The notes beneath the pieces were generated by a model. The model saw only the letters and a list, made by a program, of their open reading frames with translations, did no database searches and was not told where the DNA came from. From NCBI RefSeq assembly GCF_006345805.1, contig NC_043005.1:55118001-55182000 (forward strand): a stretch of 64,000 nt of DNA, in the 5' to 3' direction. Positions 12,713 through 27,259 of the stretch are shown here, piece after piece. Position numbers and translations under genes: made by a program. This DNA comes from Octopus sinensis (taxonomy: Eukaryota). The stretch's first letter is position 1. Each line of letters starts with the position of its first letter.

Positions 12713-14039
12713 ACATATATATATTCCATTTTGCCATAAATGTACTAATAACCAGTTGTTAAACTTCAGTTTGACCTATATATGTGATTGAAACTGGGTT
12801 GGCAGGCACTGACTTCTCACAAATTGATGTCATGCTATTTCTGCCTATGAATTAGGTAATTTTGGTCATGAAACACTTGAGTCCTTAAGTTTAAAAGGAC
12901 CCAGAACCATCCAGATAATGTTTGTGTAAATGTGAAGTTATCTACATAACAACCTATTTGTCTACATTATATATATATAAATATATATATATATAACTCC
13001 TTTTTTTTTGTCATTCATTTACTAATATGTGTGTATGTATAATATGTAATCGTGTGATTGACCACGTTATAGGAAGTTGTTATTCATCACTGCTCTCAAT
13101 GTGCTTTGCATAATTTTAGCTTTCGAATGATGCCACCTTGCTGTCTAGGTGATAGGCCAACATTCCCCCTGATTGGAAAACTAGACTGTTGCAAGCTTAT
13201 TCACTTACACCTGAGTGGACTAAAGCACTATGAAATGAAGTGTTTTTTTGATCAAGAACATAGTACGCTGCTGCATGGTCTGGGAATCCATCACACAATC
13301 TTGCAATCATGAGGGCAACATCCTAACTACTGGGCCATGTACTTTCACGCACACTCACATAATGTTACGTTAGAAGAGTTGTAAAGTATAACCACTAATT
13401 TCTGGATATGGTCTGTAATTTTGCCCTTACAAAGACTCACATGGATTTTAAGAATTCAAAAACTACTCTTTCTTCTTAGCCAAAAGGTTTCTTCTGGGTG
13501 GTTTTTTTTTTCTTTTTTTACCAGCCATACCTACATGCACACGTGCATACACTCACATTTTGTGAGTGTCTACAAGTGTTTGTAGATACATCACTACTAA
13601 AAACCTACTTTGTGATGCAGAAGTTTTCACTGTGAATATTTGTGTGTTTGTGTATGTTTCCTAGGGTCACATTGAGCATCTATTTGTTTCTTATGCATAT
13701 TTGTGTATGTATGTATGTATATATATATGTATTTTGTTATATCTATAGCTACTTGTATTATGTATCAACACAATGGAGTTTGTGTTGGGAGAATGTGATG
13801 TTTTTATGACTCTGGTAAGAAGTATGAGGGGTGAAGCTGGTAATCCTTCAGCTAGCTACAATCATACAATACTTTCTCCCACCTAAATACCTTCACTCTT
13901 TTATCTTATTTTCATTCTTACATCCAAAAGAATAAGACGATTCTTTCTGGTCTCACGAAGCAGTTCTTTCCCCGGTGCTATTTTTCTTAATACATATTCA
14001 TTGTGGATAATTGTTGATCACTGCTGCTGTTGGATTTAC

Positions 14040-15400
14040 CTACAATTCGAGACATTGAGAAGGAAGCTATGAAATGGGACTGAAGATAGTCATGTGAAAA
14101 GGAACCATAAAAGGCTTAACTTACTATTTTAAAAAGGCTTGCTGCTGGAGGAAAAGAATCAGCCACATGTCCAAAACATTAGAATTCGCAATGTAAGCCA
14201 TGGAATCATATGACAAAAGAAACAAAATTAAGCCAAGTGCCTAAGAAGTTACTTAACTGCGCAGTCCTTATTTTTTTGAATGATCCAATATGATGCTTAA
14301 AAGGGGGTGGTTGTTGTTCGTATGGATTGATGATCAGGCTTGAGTCAGTGTACCAATAAGAATAATGGTAATTAAAAAATGTAAAGCCAAAAGTTTTATG
14401 AAGATTTCCAGTAAAAGAAGGCTGAAATGTCACATGAAAAATCATCTGGTTAGTAATATCTAGAAGAGCCTGATTTTGCACAACATTTGATCAGTGAAGC
14501 TGCTAGTTCTGATACACAGGTTACATCTGGTTACCCTGAGTAGCTAGTGGGCTATACTCCAGAACAAGTATACATTTTTCTAGAAATTCATACTTGCTAG
14601 AATTTTTATTTATTGAAGAAAAATCAACACTAGGATTTACTACTTCCAAAAGTCATCTAGCGCTTTTTTCTAGGAGTACAGGCTACTGTTGATATAAAGT
14701 TGAAGCCCCAACTTACGTATCATTCCAAAAATCTAAGCGCTCTCTCGCAAAGCTTAATTTGCTTTCTGACTGGGTGTTCACATTAAGAAAGCATACATAG
14801 CTAAGAGCCTTTTTAAAGAGTGGTTTACAAACATTTATTTGCCCTTATGTAGAAAGGCACAGGGCCAGACAATATTTCCAACAAAGTATTGCTCCTCTTA
14901 GTCAGTGTACCAAAACACTGGTCATGTGAGGCTAGAATATATTTCCAAGAGTGCGACTACTTTGTTCTAGCCGTTGTATCTGGGTGAGACTCCTTACTTC
15001 AAGGCATATTATCTAAGAAGAAAATTTCAAACAACTTCTGAAAGGAACTGACAGGGAGGATAAACCTAAAGCTGAGTTATGAAATAAAGTGAAACCATCA
15101 GCTCTGAATGCTGCAAGTTCTCCACTAGCAGAAAATCTGCATCAGATTTGGAAAGATATTGTAATTCATGTAGGGTTTGAAGAGCATGATGTGGCCAAGT
15201 TGCTAGTGTCCATAAAGTTAATTTGACACAAAGGCTATTAGAGCAAGAACAGTCTGAGCAAGAATGCGAATGAGAATATGGAAATCACACCAACTCCATT
15301 TAAAGTGACTGCATAGGATGTTGCAAAAGGGTTGACATTGATAGAGAAAGGCCTGGAAGGTTTTGCTGTTAACAACCCTAATCACCTTTCAAGATGTTGA
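14040..15400 (+). pseudogene. Decayed Tigger/pogo transposase
   Basis: Frameshifted motifs in the expected order: LLFVWIDDQ, EAASSDT, GYTPEQV, DIKLKP, YHSKN, LFKEWF, KVLLLL, FKAYYLRR. Confidence 0.8.
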
Positions 15401-16166
15401 TGATGAACTATATTGTAGAAGATAGTGCCCTTCATACACACAGTAACTCTCCATTCACCACTACCATCCTTCATATAGTAGTCAACAATGTTTACATGGT
15501 AAGAACATACCTGGTTATAATATTATGATTCTTATTAAGGCGACGAGCTGGCAGAATCATTAGCATGTCAAGTGAAATGCTTAGTGGCATTTCATCTGTG
15601 TTCATGTACTAAGTCCACTTCATCCTTTTGGAGTCAATAAAATAAATACCAGTTGAGCGCTAATTGCTGGCCTTGTGTCAGAATTTGAAATCAGTATTCT
15701 GATTCTTATTTATTTCTTTACGTATTTCTCTTCAAATATTTTTATATACATATATGTAGTGTATAACATTGTTTACATGTATAAAAGCGGTTCTGTTGTT
15801 TGTAGATTTTTTTGCTACCTGACAATGGGAAAATTAATTTTGTGTTATGGTAAGATTTTCAGCACTCCATACTCACATATAGTGGGATGAGCATCTGTAG
15901 GTATGCATATGCATGCATGTATGAGTATAATTGTGTGTATGTGTATTTATATATATGTGGTGCAGAATTAGCAGAATCACTAGGCTGTTGGATAGAATAC
16001 CTTGCAGTATTCGCTCCAGTTCTCTGCATTTCGAGTTCATTGAGGTTAGCTTGCTTTACAGTTTTTTTTTTCTTTTCCCCCCAATTTTCGTAAATAAAAA
16101 AAAAGTACCATCCATTACCAAGGTAAATTTTTTTCTTTAATCTTTCCCATTCTCTTCTTCCCACTG

Positions 16167-16197
<31 letters not shown>

Positions 16198-16727
16198 ACT
16201 CACACACACATACCTGAAATCCGGAGGATCAGCTTTATCATGTCTAGTGTCCCACTGATTCAGCTTGAGAATTCCATTGTGGTTACACGTGTCTGGTGGA
16301 CTGCTTGCACATTAATGCCACAAGTAGGAATTCATTTGATTAGACACCTGAATACTCATCATTGAATCCAGTGGGTAATTCATTATATGTGTATGTATGT
16401 GTGTGTGTGTATATTTGCCTATTGTGTGTATGTGTGCATACATATATGTACACTCATGCTCATGTATATACATGTGATGTACGTACATATGTGCATATTA
16501 TCGTGGATGTATATATTATATGATTCCACTACATGGTATCTTATAGAAGTTGGCCCTTGAGGGTCAACTCCAAACTCTGTGGAAGCTCATCATATGGACT
16601 GTACATATATTACAAAGGGCCAGCCTTATCATGTGTTGTGTCAAGCTTATTTGACCAAACAAATACATGCACACACACTTATATATGTATATGTATGCAT
16701 ATATATGTATAGATATATGCATAATAG

Positions 16728-16881
16728 GCCTCTTTCAGTTTCTGTCTAGCAAATCCTCTTACAAGGCTTTGGTCAGCCTGAGGCAATAGTAAAAGACACT
16801 TGTCCAAGGTGCTACATACACAGTGGGACTGAACCCAGAACCATGTGGTTGGGAAACAAACTTCTTATCACACAACCATGC

Positions 16882-16885
<4 letters not shown>
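16728..16885 (-). mobile_element. SINE family A, 5' half
   Basis: CAGTGGGACTGAACCCAGAACCATGTGGTTGGGAA matches the family A head. Confidence 0.75.
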
Positions 16886-16919
<34 letters not shown>

Positions 16920-17153
16920 GCTAGTTCATTATAATTTGTGAATATTATTTTTATATATTCTAGCACTCAAAAAAACCTGGTATGTTTTAATTTCTGGCCC
17001 CTAGCATTGCATGTTATAATATAATAGGCATTTTGAAGAACACCTCAAATATGAATCTAACTAACAAAGGCTGATATTTCACTGGGAAATATATATAAAA
17101 AATAAAAAAAATTGCAAACTACTTGAAGATCTGATAAATTAATATAACCATGT

Positions 17154-17189
<36 letters not shown>

Positions 17190-17524
17190 ATACTCTTAAG
17201 CATCATGTACATGGATTTCATATTACCACTACTTCTGCAGTAGTCCGTCACTGTTGAAGCATTTTTCTAGGTGGGAATAAATGTTGTCCTTCCTGCCCTT
17301 GAAATAGATAAGTTTCCTGTTTCCATCTACTTTAACTTCGCAAATCCACCACTACCAAACCATAGCTGCTGCTGTTTCTATCTATTACTGCTCCTGCTGA
17401 TGGTGATACACACACATATATATATATATATGTATATACATATATATATATATATGTAACTAGATAACTTATAAGGAAGAGATTTCTCTTCTATCCTTAG
17501 TTAATGAAATACTTGTTTTGTTTA

Positions 17525-17559
<35 letters not shown>

Positions 17560-18116
17560 ACTTCCTTCCCCTACCATGAGGCAGTTTGAGTTGCTGAACA
17601 TGAGAGAGGAGAAGCTGGTTAAGAAATGTTGAGTTATTTTGGAAAATTAGTTACATACTGCCAAGTATGATGGTGAGCCTTAGAGCTGTTCAAAAGTGGT
17701 AAGGTTATTTATGTATTTTAGTTTGTTGCTTTTTTATCCATTTGAATTATCATTTGATTAATTCACTTTATACGAATACCTAACTTTTCTGCTTTGTTGT
17801 TGTTGTTTTTTTCTTCTTTTTTCCCCCCATGGTGTTAATTCATTTTGTTATTTATTTATTTATTTTGGCTACCTCCCAACTTAAAAAAGAAAGTAGCTCG
17901 TTTCTGTTACTTGCATGTATGCATATATATATATCAAAGAGGGTGTGTAACCAAGTTCTGTTTACTTTTTTTTTTTTTTTTTACCACCTCTGTCATTATG
18001 ATGCTTGAAGAGTTGTGGCATTTATTTTATTATACCTAACTTTTAGCATACAGGAAATAGTTTTTATTTTAGTTAAAAGTAACATATTTATAAATTGCTG
18101 TTGCTGCTGTGACTGC

Positions 18117-18150
<34 letters not shown>

Positions 18151-20774
18151 TACATACATGCATACAGAGAGAGGTGCGGGAGAGGGAATTTTCAGGTGAA
18201 AGTTTATTCTAATGAAGTTTACAACAAATAATGGTTGTAAAAAAATTAAAGTTAGCTGGGTCTGCAAGGGTAATTTTTTTTTTAATTGTAAAATTGTAAT
18301 TGATTTTCAGAAAATGTATAATGAGTGAACTTTGTGCATGTGTGTGTGTGTGTGTGATTATATATACATTACTTAAGAGTTGTTAATTAGTTTCTGTCTC
18401 ATTTCATTTGAAATAACTTTTTTTGTACTAAAAGTATACATTTAAGAAAAAAAAAGAAACAGGGATTTAATTAATTAATGTTATATTTATGCTTAAGATG
18501 TTTAGAAATTGGAAGAACATTTTTAAAGCAAAGTTATTTACAGTATGTTACCAGTATTTTGTAATGTTTATAGTTTATTCAACTAACTTCATACTGTAAT
18601 CAGTGTTTTCTGATTAGTCTATTTCTGTGGAGATTTAATGATTTGTTAATATATTTTTAGTTTTTTCCTTTCATTTTTTCCCTATCATAAACACTACTAT
18701 TTATAGACTTTATTTAGACTTATGTTGTAGTCATCATACCAAAAAGACAACACTACTTTATTATGAAATAATAAGAACCGTACATTTAGTAAGATATACA
18801 TTCCATTACAAAGTATTTTCCTCCAAGTTCCCATACAAAAAAAAAGTATGAGTAGAAAATTCAATCTTTTTTTTTTTCCTTTCGGTTTACATACATGCAG
18901 TAATTAGAGCAATGACTGTGGGAAAGATTCATAGAAATGATAGCTACGATTGTCAGAAAAATTCTGTGTTGTTTGCATGCGTATGCAGCTTTACAAACTT
19001 ACTGTTTATCAGTAATAAACAGCCACATATCAGAGTTACTCTAGTTACAAAAGAAATGAGGTCACAAGCAAATTAGTTTTCGCAGAAGGTACATGTGTTG
19101 TATAGTATGTATGCATGCAACATATACATACGCACACAAACACACATGCGCTTACAGTTAGTTATATAGCCTTTTAGTAACCCTTTAGCAGCTTCTATTC
19201 TTAGATAAGCATTCTTACTAGAATGTGTGGAAGTTTATCTCTTATAAGCTTTTTATTTTTTATTTTTATTTTGTTGCTGTTGTTGTTTATCTTAATTTAC
19301 AAGTGTTACCTATATATAACATTGTGAATAGTAGGCTTAAATAAAGCCAATATGGGAATTGGGTATTACCCTGGAAACTTTAATCAAGTTTAACTTTGTT
19401 AAAACAATTAATAATTCTCACACTAATTTTAAGTAATTAGCAAGCAAAGTATGAAAAGAATGACACCCATCGCCAAAACATTTATTTTGTTTCACGTTTC
19501 AATCTTAGTTTTTGTTTAATTATTCATTTAGCAATATCATGTAGAGTTGGATGAGGAGTGGTGATGGCTAATGTAATTTCAATTCATTTTTAATTTATAC
19601 ACCTTGATATTATGAAAAACTGTTTTGAAAATTAATATTTAATTTTAGAAATATGATTTATAATGCTTAATTATTATTTCTTTTGATTTTAAACATTTTT
19701 GAAAAAAAAAACATTTTTCAACCTCATAAACTGAATATATATTTTTTTCTTTGTTTTTTTTTTCCTTTCTATCAATAAAGTATTTTTTAAATGGTAGCTT
19801 GAGAGCATAAATGGACCATTTTCTTTTTATTTTTAAATTTAATTTAATCTAATTAAATGTTTTGATACAGAAAATAATAAACCTGTTATTTATAATATTT
19901 TATAGAGTTGGCATGAAAAATAACTTGATTCTATTGGTAAAAGGGGAGCAACTTAGAATTTTCCCAAATGTTGAAGGTGTTTCCTAGGGTTGTGTAAATT
20001 GCTCTGTTTCACACGCATGCACACACACACACACACACACACACATGCACAAAATTTAATAATGTCTGAGACAGGGAAAGTAATTTATTTTTCTTCATTA
20101 TCTTAGTTTAATTTCCCCAAAGTTAATATTTATAATACATAATTAACACAACATAACTATAAATACTATAAATATTTTTCTTACTATATTTATATTTGTT
20201 TTTTTTTTTACTCTGTTCTATTAAATTCGTTAGTGTTTTGTTTTCATTGTAATTATAGTTTTATTTATAATGTAAATAACTTTAGAAAAATAACAAAAGA
20301 AGCTCTCTCTCTTTCTCTCTCCCTCCTCGCTCTCTCTGATTTTGTCTCTTTTGGTTCTTTCTTTCTTCTTCACTTGATATTTCCAATAATAATGTTATTT
20401 GACTGTGTTCTTGACAATTACAGCAACTTATTTCAGCTTAAGCAGTTAGTATTTAAACACTGGAATGTTTTGATATCAAGTTTTATAGCAAGTGTACAGT
20501 GCGTGTGTGTGTGTGTGTGTGTGCACTCTGATAAGTCTGTTACAAACAAATATAATGGGAAGAAAAAACAAAAACCAAATTTATCTGACTTTATTGCATT
20601 TTATTTATGATAAAAAAAAAGTTTGTGGTCAAATAGAGGCAATGGTGATTATGGTTGTGTTGGTGGTGTCAGTGGTTTTTCTTGATAGGCATTTCAACCC
20701 CATGGAAAGTATTTCGCTATTTATTTTGAATGCAACCCCTTGTTTCTCAGATACTGTGCTTTTCATTCATTAAC

Positions 20775-22380
20775 TTCTAAGACAGGCACAAGGCCAGAAA
20801 TCTGAGGCAGGGGTGAATTGGTTTATTAAACCAGTGCTTGTAGATGACTGGTACTTTATTTAAATTGGCCCTGGAAGACTGAAAGGCGAAGATGACCTCC
20901 AGTGGGATTTTGAACTCGGAATGCAAAGTGGCAACGTGTTCTTAACAGAAACACATGGTCATATTTAGGGATGCATAGAGACAACTAAATCAATGCCCGG
21001 TACCTGACTGGTATTTATTTTATTGACTGTGGCAGGGTGTAAGGTGAAGTCAACTTGAACAGGATTTGAACACATAATGTAAAAGAATGTAACTGAATGA
21101 TGGGAGGTACTTCATTCACTGCTGCACCAGTTTAGTTAATAATAATAATAATAATAATATTAATAATTATTATTATTATTATTATTGTTGTTGTTTTTGT
21201 TTCTACTCTAGGCTCAAGCCCTTGGAAATTCTTGTGGAAAGCGGGGGCTAGTTGATCACATCAACCCTAATGCATAACTGGTACTTATTTCATCGACCCT
21301 GAAAGGATGAAAGGCAAAGTCGACCTCAGTGGAATTTGAACTCAGAACATAGTGGCAGATGAAATACCACTTGGCATTTCACCTGATGTGCTAATGATTC
21401 TGCCAGCATGCTGCCTTAATAATAATAATAATATTTGTTCCTAATAATAATATTTGTTTCTAAGGTTAGTAATTTTAGGGGATGCTGTTAGTTGATACCA
21501 TTGACTCTGGTTCTTGTTACTCTATTTAACTGACCTTGAAAAGATGAAAGGCAAGGTTAAGCTTGGTGGAATTTGAACTATGAATGTAAATATTGAGGAG
21601 AAATGCTGCAGATCATTTATTCCAATGCCCTAAGGATTCTGCTAAGGATTGGATACCTTTTTATACAACTTTCTAATTAAGCCACAAGGCCAGGAATTTG
21701 GCAGAAAGAGGAAGGAATTAGCCAGTACCATGAGTTTGACCAACATTTGTTTTATTGACCTCTGATATGTTGATTAGCAAAGTCAGCATCTAAACCATTC
21801 AAACATAGAATGTAGATGAACTTAGCAGTCAGAAGGTACTTTATTTAGTGATTTTCCAGTTTAGTTAATCATCATCATCGTTTAACGTCCGTTTTCCGCG
21901 CTAGCACGGGTTGGACGGTTCGACTGGGGATCTGGGGAGCAATAATAATAATAATAATAATAATATAATAATAATAACAGTTTCAAATTTCGGCACAAAG
22001 ACATCATTTTTGGGGGTTGGGGTAAGCTCTGCATTGACACCAGTACTCAGCTGGTTCTTATTTTATCAACCCTGAAAGGAGGAAAAGCAGTGTTGACCTC
22101 TGCAGAATTTGAACTCAGAACGTAAGGACAGACAAAATAGTGCTATCCTCTTTGCCTGGTGTGCTAACAATTCTGCCAGCTCGCCAACTAATAATAACAA
22201 TAATGGTTTCAAATGTTGGCATAAGACTAGCAGGTTTGAGGAAGGGGCCAAGTCTCAATTACATTGACCCCAGTGTTCAAATGGTACTTATTTTAACAAT
22301 CCTGAAAGGATGAAAGGCTAAGTTAAACCCATCGGAATTTAAATTCAGAACGTAAGGACAGACAAAATGCTTTGTAGCAT
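20775..22380 (-). mobile_element. Array of about seven same-orientation SINE family B copies separated by (TAA)n
   Basis: Recurrent CTGGTACTT..TTATTGACC..GAAAGGATGAAAGGC..GGAATTTGAACT units; best copy 21198-21417. Confidence 0.8.
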
Positions 22381-22388
22381 TTTAATAA

Positions 22389-22748
22389 TAACAAGAGCAC
22401 TCAGAGAGCGCAAACCTCCACCAAGACAACACCAACATCCTCTCAACAATTAGCCAGGGATGGTTTTTAAAATGAGAGTATCTGAAATAAACTCGACTGC
22501 TCTCACAAATGAGAATACTAAAAATGAACCTGACTGCTCTCAAACATTAAATAAAAAGAAAACTGGAAAAATAATCCAGAATCCTTGTCCAGAACCTGAT
22601 TGATCCCAAAATTTAATTAGTCACAAGGCCACATATCCCTGAAAGTTTCATCCAAATCCATCCAGCAGTTCTTGAAATATCTTGTTCATGGACAAACAAA
22701 CAAACACAACTGAAAACAATACCTCTGTTTTCACTAAGGCGGAGGTAA
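22389..22748. mobile_element. Helentron-associated (HINE/DINE-1-like) non-autonomous element
   Basis: Sub-terminal inverted motif ACCTCCACC / GGCGGAGGT, terminal hairpin ACCTCTG..CGGAGGT, internal (CAAA)n. Confidence 0.55.
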
Positions 22749-22982
22749 TAATAATCACAGTCTTATAAATAGAATGAAATCTTAAACACATTAAGTTGCT
22801 TTCCAAAGAATTCAATGCAAAAACATGCAGCAATACTCAAATTCAAGTTCAGGAAACCAGGAACCTGGCACTTTATCCACTCTGTTAATATATCTATGAA
22901 TCATAAGAAATTTGCTGATTTCATACTTTGGCATAAAAGCTGCACTAGAATATGTGATTCTACACACACATACATACATACA

Positions 22983-23013
<31 letters not shown>

Positions 23014-24731
23014 GTATATATATACATATGTACATACATATATATATATGTGTGTGTGTGTGTGTTTTTAATAACTGAACTAGAACTTTCTTAGTCATTA
23101 GCATTTTTGGAAACCCTCCATTTTTGTTAATTGAATGGTAATTAATGAAATGATTACCAAATATGCATGTGTGTAAGGGAGTGGGCATGTAGAATTAATT
23201 AGCTAGATTATAGCTATTATTCAATAAATTAAACATTTATTACTATTGCGTAATCATCAAAATATACGTTACTTCTATCATTCACAGTGAATTTAGGAAT
23301 CATTTCTAATTGTTATTTACCTGCCAAATTCATGTAACTCCTTGCCAAGCATTGATAACAATACAAATATTTTTTTTTTTTAAACAATATTAATGATAAT
23401 GATGATGGTGATGAAATGGGAATGAAAATTAGACATCTTTCTGGGTGAACTTCAGTGAAATTAAGTTTGTTTTTTTTTTTATTTAATTTTTCTCTTTATA
23501 GATATTTACTTCAAATTTTCTGTGCCATCTGTTTATTTATTATATATTTTTACTCTGTTTATTTGACAAATGTTATAAAAATTTAGCAACTCCTACATAA
23601 ATATATACATATATATTTCTTTAAGTTTCAAAATATTTCACATGGATAAAGTTTTTTTCACTATTTTTGATTTTGAAAGCCTGCAATTTGTAGAAGAACA
23701 AGAAAAAAAATATAATCAATATTAACTACTATTACATATGGAATATACCAAAAATTAATATTGATGTTTCTTTTTACTATCAATTAAGTAAATATTAGTT
23801 TTATATTTTATCATTAATTTACTTAGATTTATTTCACACTCAGCAGAAAAATAATAATATACTAGATTGCTATAACTGTATAACATAAATCCTCATAATT
23901 TGCATCTGCTCACTATAATGAACAGTTTAATTGCAAAAATTGTATATTACTGTATAGTTTTGCTGATTATCAACATCCACTTTCTTTATCGATCAGCAGT
24001 TTATTTTTGTTTTGTTTTATTATTTATTCAAATGAGTTTTGACTTTTATTTATTATAAATATTCATGATATATTATCAAGTTGTATGTTCTGTTGCATTA
24101 TACTGGTGTATCCAAATTCCTGACAAGTTTGGCATTAAAACAGCCTCTAGCCACGATATTTTGAACCTTACTGAACAAGTTACTGTATAGAATGAGAAAA
24201 TTTTTAAATAATCAGGTGATGAGTACAAACCTAAGTTAATAACAGCATTGTTGACTTGCTGAATTATAATCAGGTAGGCATGAGCATCACACAATCTACC
24301 TCTCTCTTCTAAATATACAGGTGGCTCTGTGCTTCTGTATGTGCATGCATGTCAGAGGGAGAGGGGGGGGCTGTAATTCTAATAAAACAGACTGCCCATG
24401 TGTTTCAATTTTTTTTTTTTTAAATAGTTAAAACAATTCTGAGTGGTTTAGTGAAGTGAAAGTATTTGGTGTTTGAAATGTAACTAAACAAAAAGTTCTT
24501 ATTTTAATTTATGATAGAGGGCTTCCACTTTAAATAGACACTTCAATGCTGAAGGTTTTGTACCCTATGACCTTGGTGCAGTCTCAGTTGGATGGTGGTA
24601 ATAAAAATGGGTTAGGAAAGATAATTCTTTGGCAGCTTAAAACGAAGAAAGAAAAAAATCATCTTGGTATTTCACAAGCGTTTGATAGAACTTTAGTTTT
24701 TATTTAGCTGCTAATTCAGGGCCTTACCTGT

Positions 24732-25085
24732 GAAGGCACCTAGCTCAGTGGTTACAGCATTGGGCTCACAATCATGATATAGAGAGTTCAAGCCACAATC
24801 ATGAATTAGTGATTCCTGGACTGGGCTGTGTCTTGTGTTCTTGAGCAAGATACTTTATTTAATGTAGCTCCAGTTCACTCAGCTGTAGAAATGAATTGGG
24901 ACCTCACTGGTGCCAAGCTATATAGGCCTTTGCTTTTCCCTTGGATAACATCATTGGCATGGAGAAGGGAGGCTGATATGCATGGGTGACTGCTGGTCTT
25001 CCATTAACAACCTTGCCTGGACTTGTACCTTGGAAGGTAACTTTCCTGATGCATTCCCATGGTCATTCATGACTGAATGGGGTCT
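24732..25085 (+). mobile_element. tRNA-derived SINE family C
   Basis: A-box TAGCTCAGTGG, B-box-like GTTCAAGCC, body TTCTTGAGCAAGATACTTTATT..GCTCCAGTTCACTCAGCTG; relatives at ~13080-13350(-), 43195-43470(-), 44410-44560(+). Confidence 0.7.
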
Positions 25086-25169
25086 TTATATACTTGTTTA
25101 TTAAGTTGCCAAACTTTTTCTTCTTATTGTATTAATAGAAGGTAATTCCTTAGCATAGCGAAGAGCTTT

Positions 25170-25390
25170 CACCCTTCAGCATTCAAACTGGACACATCTG
25201 GCCCAAATATTCTACCTGTTACATTTTCAAACTGGCCAGATCTTGCCTCTCACACCTATGCTACAATGTCAATCTGAAAATAGTCAATCAGATGATTGAA
25301 ATCTGAAATCTAAGAGATAATGCATGATTAATTAAAAACAATTTGAATAAATAAATATTACATTTGATTGAGCAATCAGAATGCTAATAA
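25170..25390. mobile_element. piggyBac-like MITE copy (decayed ends)
   Basis: Aligns with 47950-48465 and 56270-56480 (GGCCCAAATATTCTACCTG, CACACCTA..CTACAATGTCA). Confidence 0.65.
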
Positions 25391-27224
25391 TCTCACAAGT
25401 TTGGTTCCTGGCAGTTTCACGGAGTGTGAATAAGTTGATAAGTTTAAAAGCTTGAGCACAGCAATATTACTAATTAAATCTCAATACAACTTGCGGAGAA
25501 ATGGAAATGGCTCATAAGATGAGTCAAGGGCAAAATCACATCCAGTATGACTTTTTTTTTTTTGTAAGTAATGCAGCCCACCTAATGATGAGCCATGTCT
25601 CGTGTGGCCCATTTCTTGAAAAAGGTTGCTGCGTTTAGCGTATTCAGTAGGATTAAAACACCTGCTCAGCTAATTTGGGAATGTATCAAAACTCATTATC
25701 TATTTCACATAAATCAACAAAAACAAATACAAAAAGTATTTAATAATAAGATTTTTTTTTCATATATTGGATTGAGTGGGACAATTTTCTGAAAATATAA
25801 TAATATTAATATAGTTCTCATCTGTTTAAGAATTTGTAATTTCTGTAAGGTTAGGATGTTTAACATTAGTATATTTACTAATGTTATATTCCAAGATGTT
25901 ATTTTGGTGTTACTTGCACTAAAGATTATATTCTTGGCTTATAATTTAGGTGTTTAAGTTATAGATATATTGGCTGCTGAACAAATGTTTAAACTATTTA
26001 GGAATAATTTATCAAATCACAAGCCAATAAACAGAAAATGTAAGTATTTTAAGATGGGAATTAGATTAACATTCTTTTGAATACCAATCATATAACTTAC
26101 AGCATCCCTAGAATTTATCTATTCTCTTCATTATGCTTGCACGCACACACACTCACACTCTCTCTCTCCTCTCTCACTCTCTTTTTCTCCCTCTCTTTTT
26201 TCTTTCTCGCTCTCGCACTCATAATTATTAATAGGAATACTGCCAAAAGTACTTAAATACCCTTTTATGATTTGGTTAAATCACGTTTATTAACACAGCT
26301 CTGTGTGTGTGTGGGTGTGCATGTGCATCTTAGAAATGCATATGCATATTCTTTTCTGTATGGATGTCATTTTTTTTTTGCATGTGCAATTACAAAAATT
26401 AACCATCACCATGTTTGCATGAAATGATGTAGGGATCAAAATGCAAAGGTAACAAGGAATTCCTCTTCCCAATAACTAAACAACAGCACACACTCATAAA
26501 ACTGTTTTTATTTCATTGATACCTAAGTTGTTTTATTTCTTTCTATTTTGTTACCACCCACCCTCCCCCGCTACAAATGTTATATTGACTTGGCAATAGG
26601 TACAAAATATGGAGCGGGGAAGAGATTTAATGAATGATATAAGTTGATCTCTTGGGTTTGCATGGCGAGCAGGAATGTTCAGCAATGTTTGGTGTTTACT
26701 GCTAACACTGTTGTCATTTATTTGATACACGTGGAGGAAAGACAAGACAGATGATAGATTGAGTGAAACTGAAGGTCTAAGTCATATTAACAAACTGATG
26801 TGCCATAATGGAATGGGTGCCACCGTAAAATGATCTATAGGGAATATATCAAGCAATCAGCTGGATTAATTAAATTTAGAATAAAGCTCTAAGGAGTTTA
26901 ACTAAAATTGAGGTGTTATGTTTCAAAAGACTTTGATGAATTAAAGATGAAAGGAAGAGTGTTAATCATTTGGCAGGAGCTAAATTGTACAGCTGTAAAC
27001 GGTAGAGAGATAGAAGGGGGGGAGGGAAGATGGGTATCATTCTTTCAAGATTGATGCTAAACATATGGTTGTTCCTAAACACATTAATTTTGTAGTATGT
27101 AAAGCTTAATGTTGCAACACTATTATAATCATTATTAACCCATCAAGTTAAACGAAATTAAACCATTAATTTGCTAGATTGAACTGACTCCTTTTGTTAG
27201 CCAACAGTAACTAATATAAATGTG

Positions 27225-27259
<35 letters not shown>

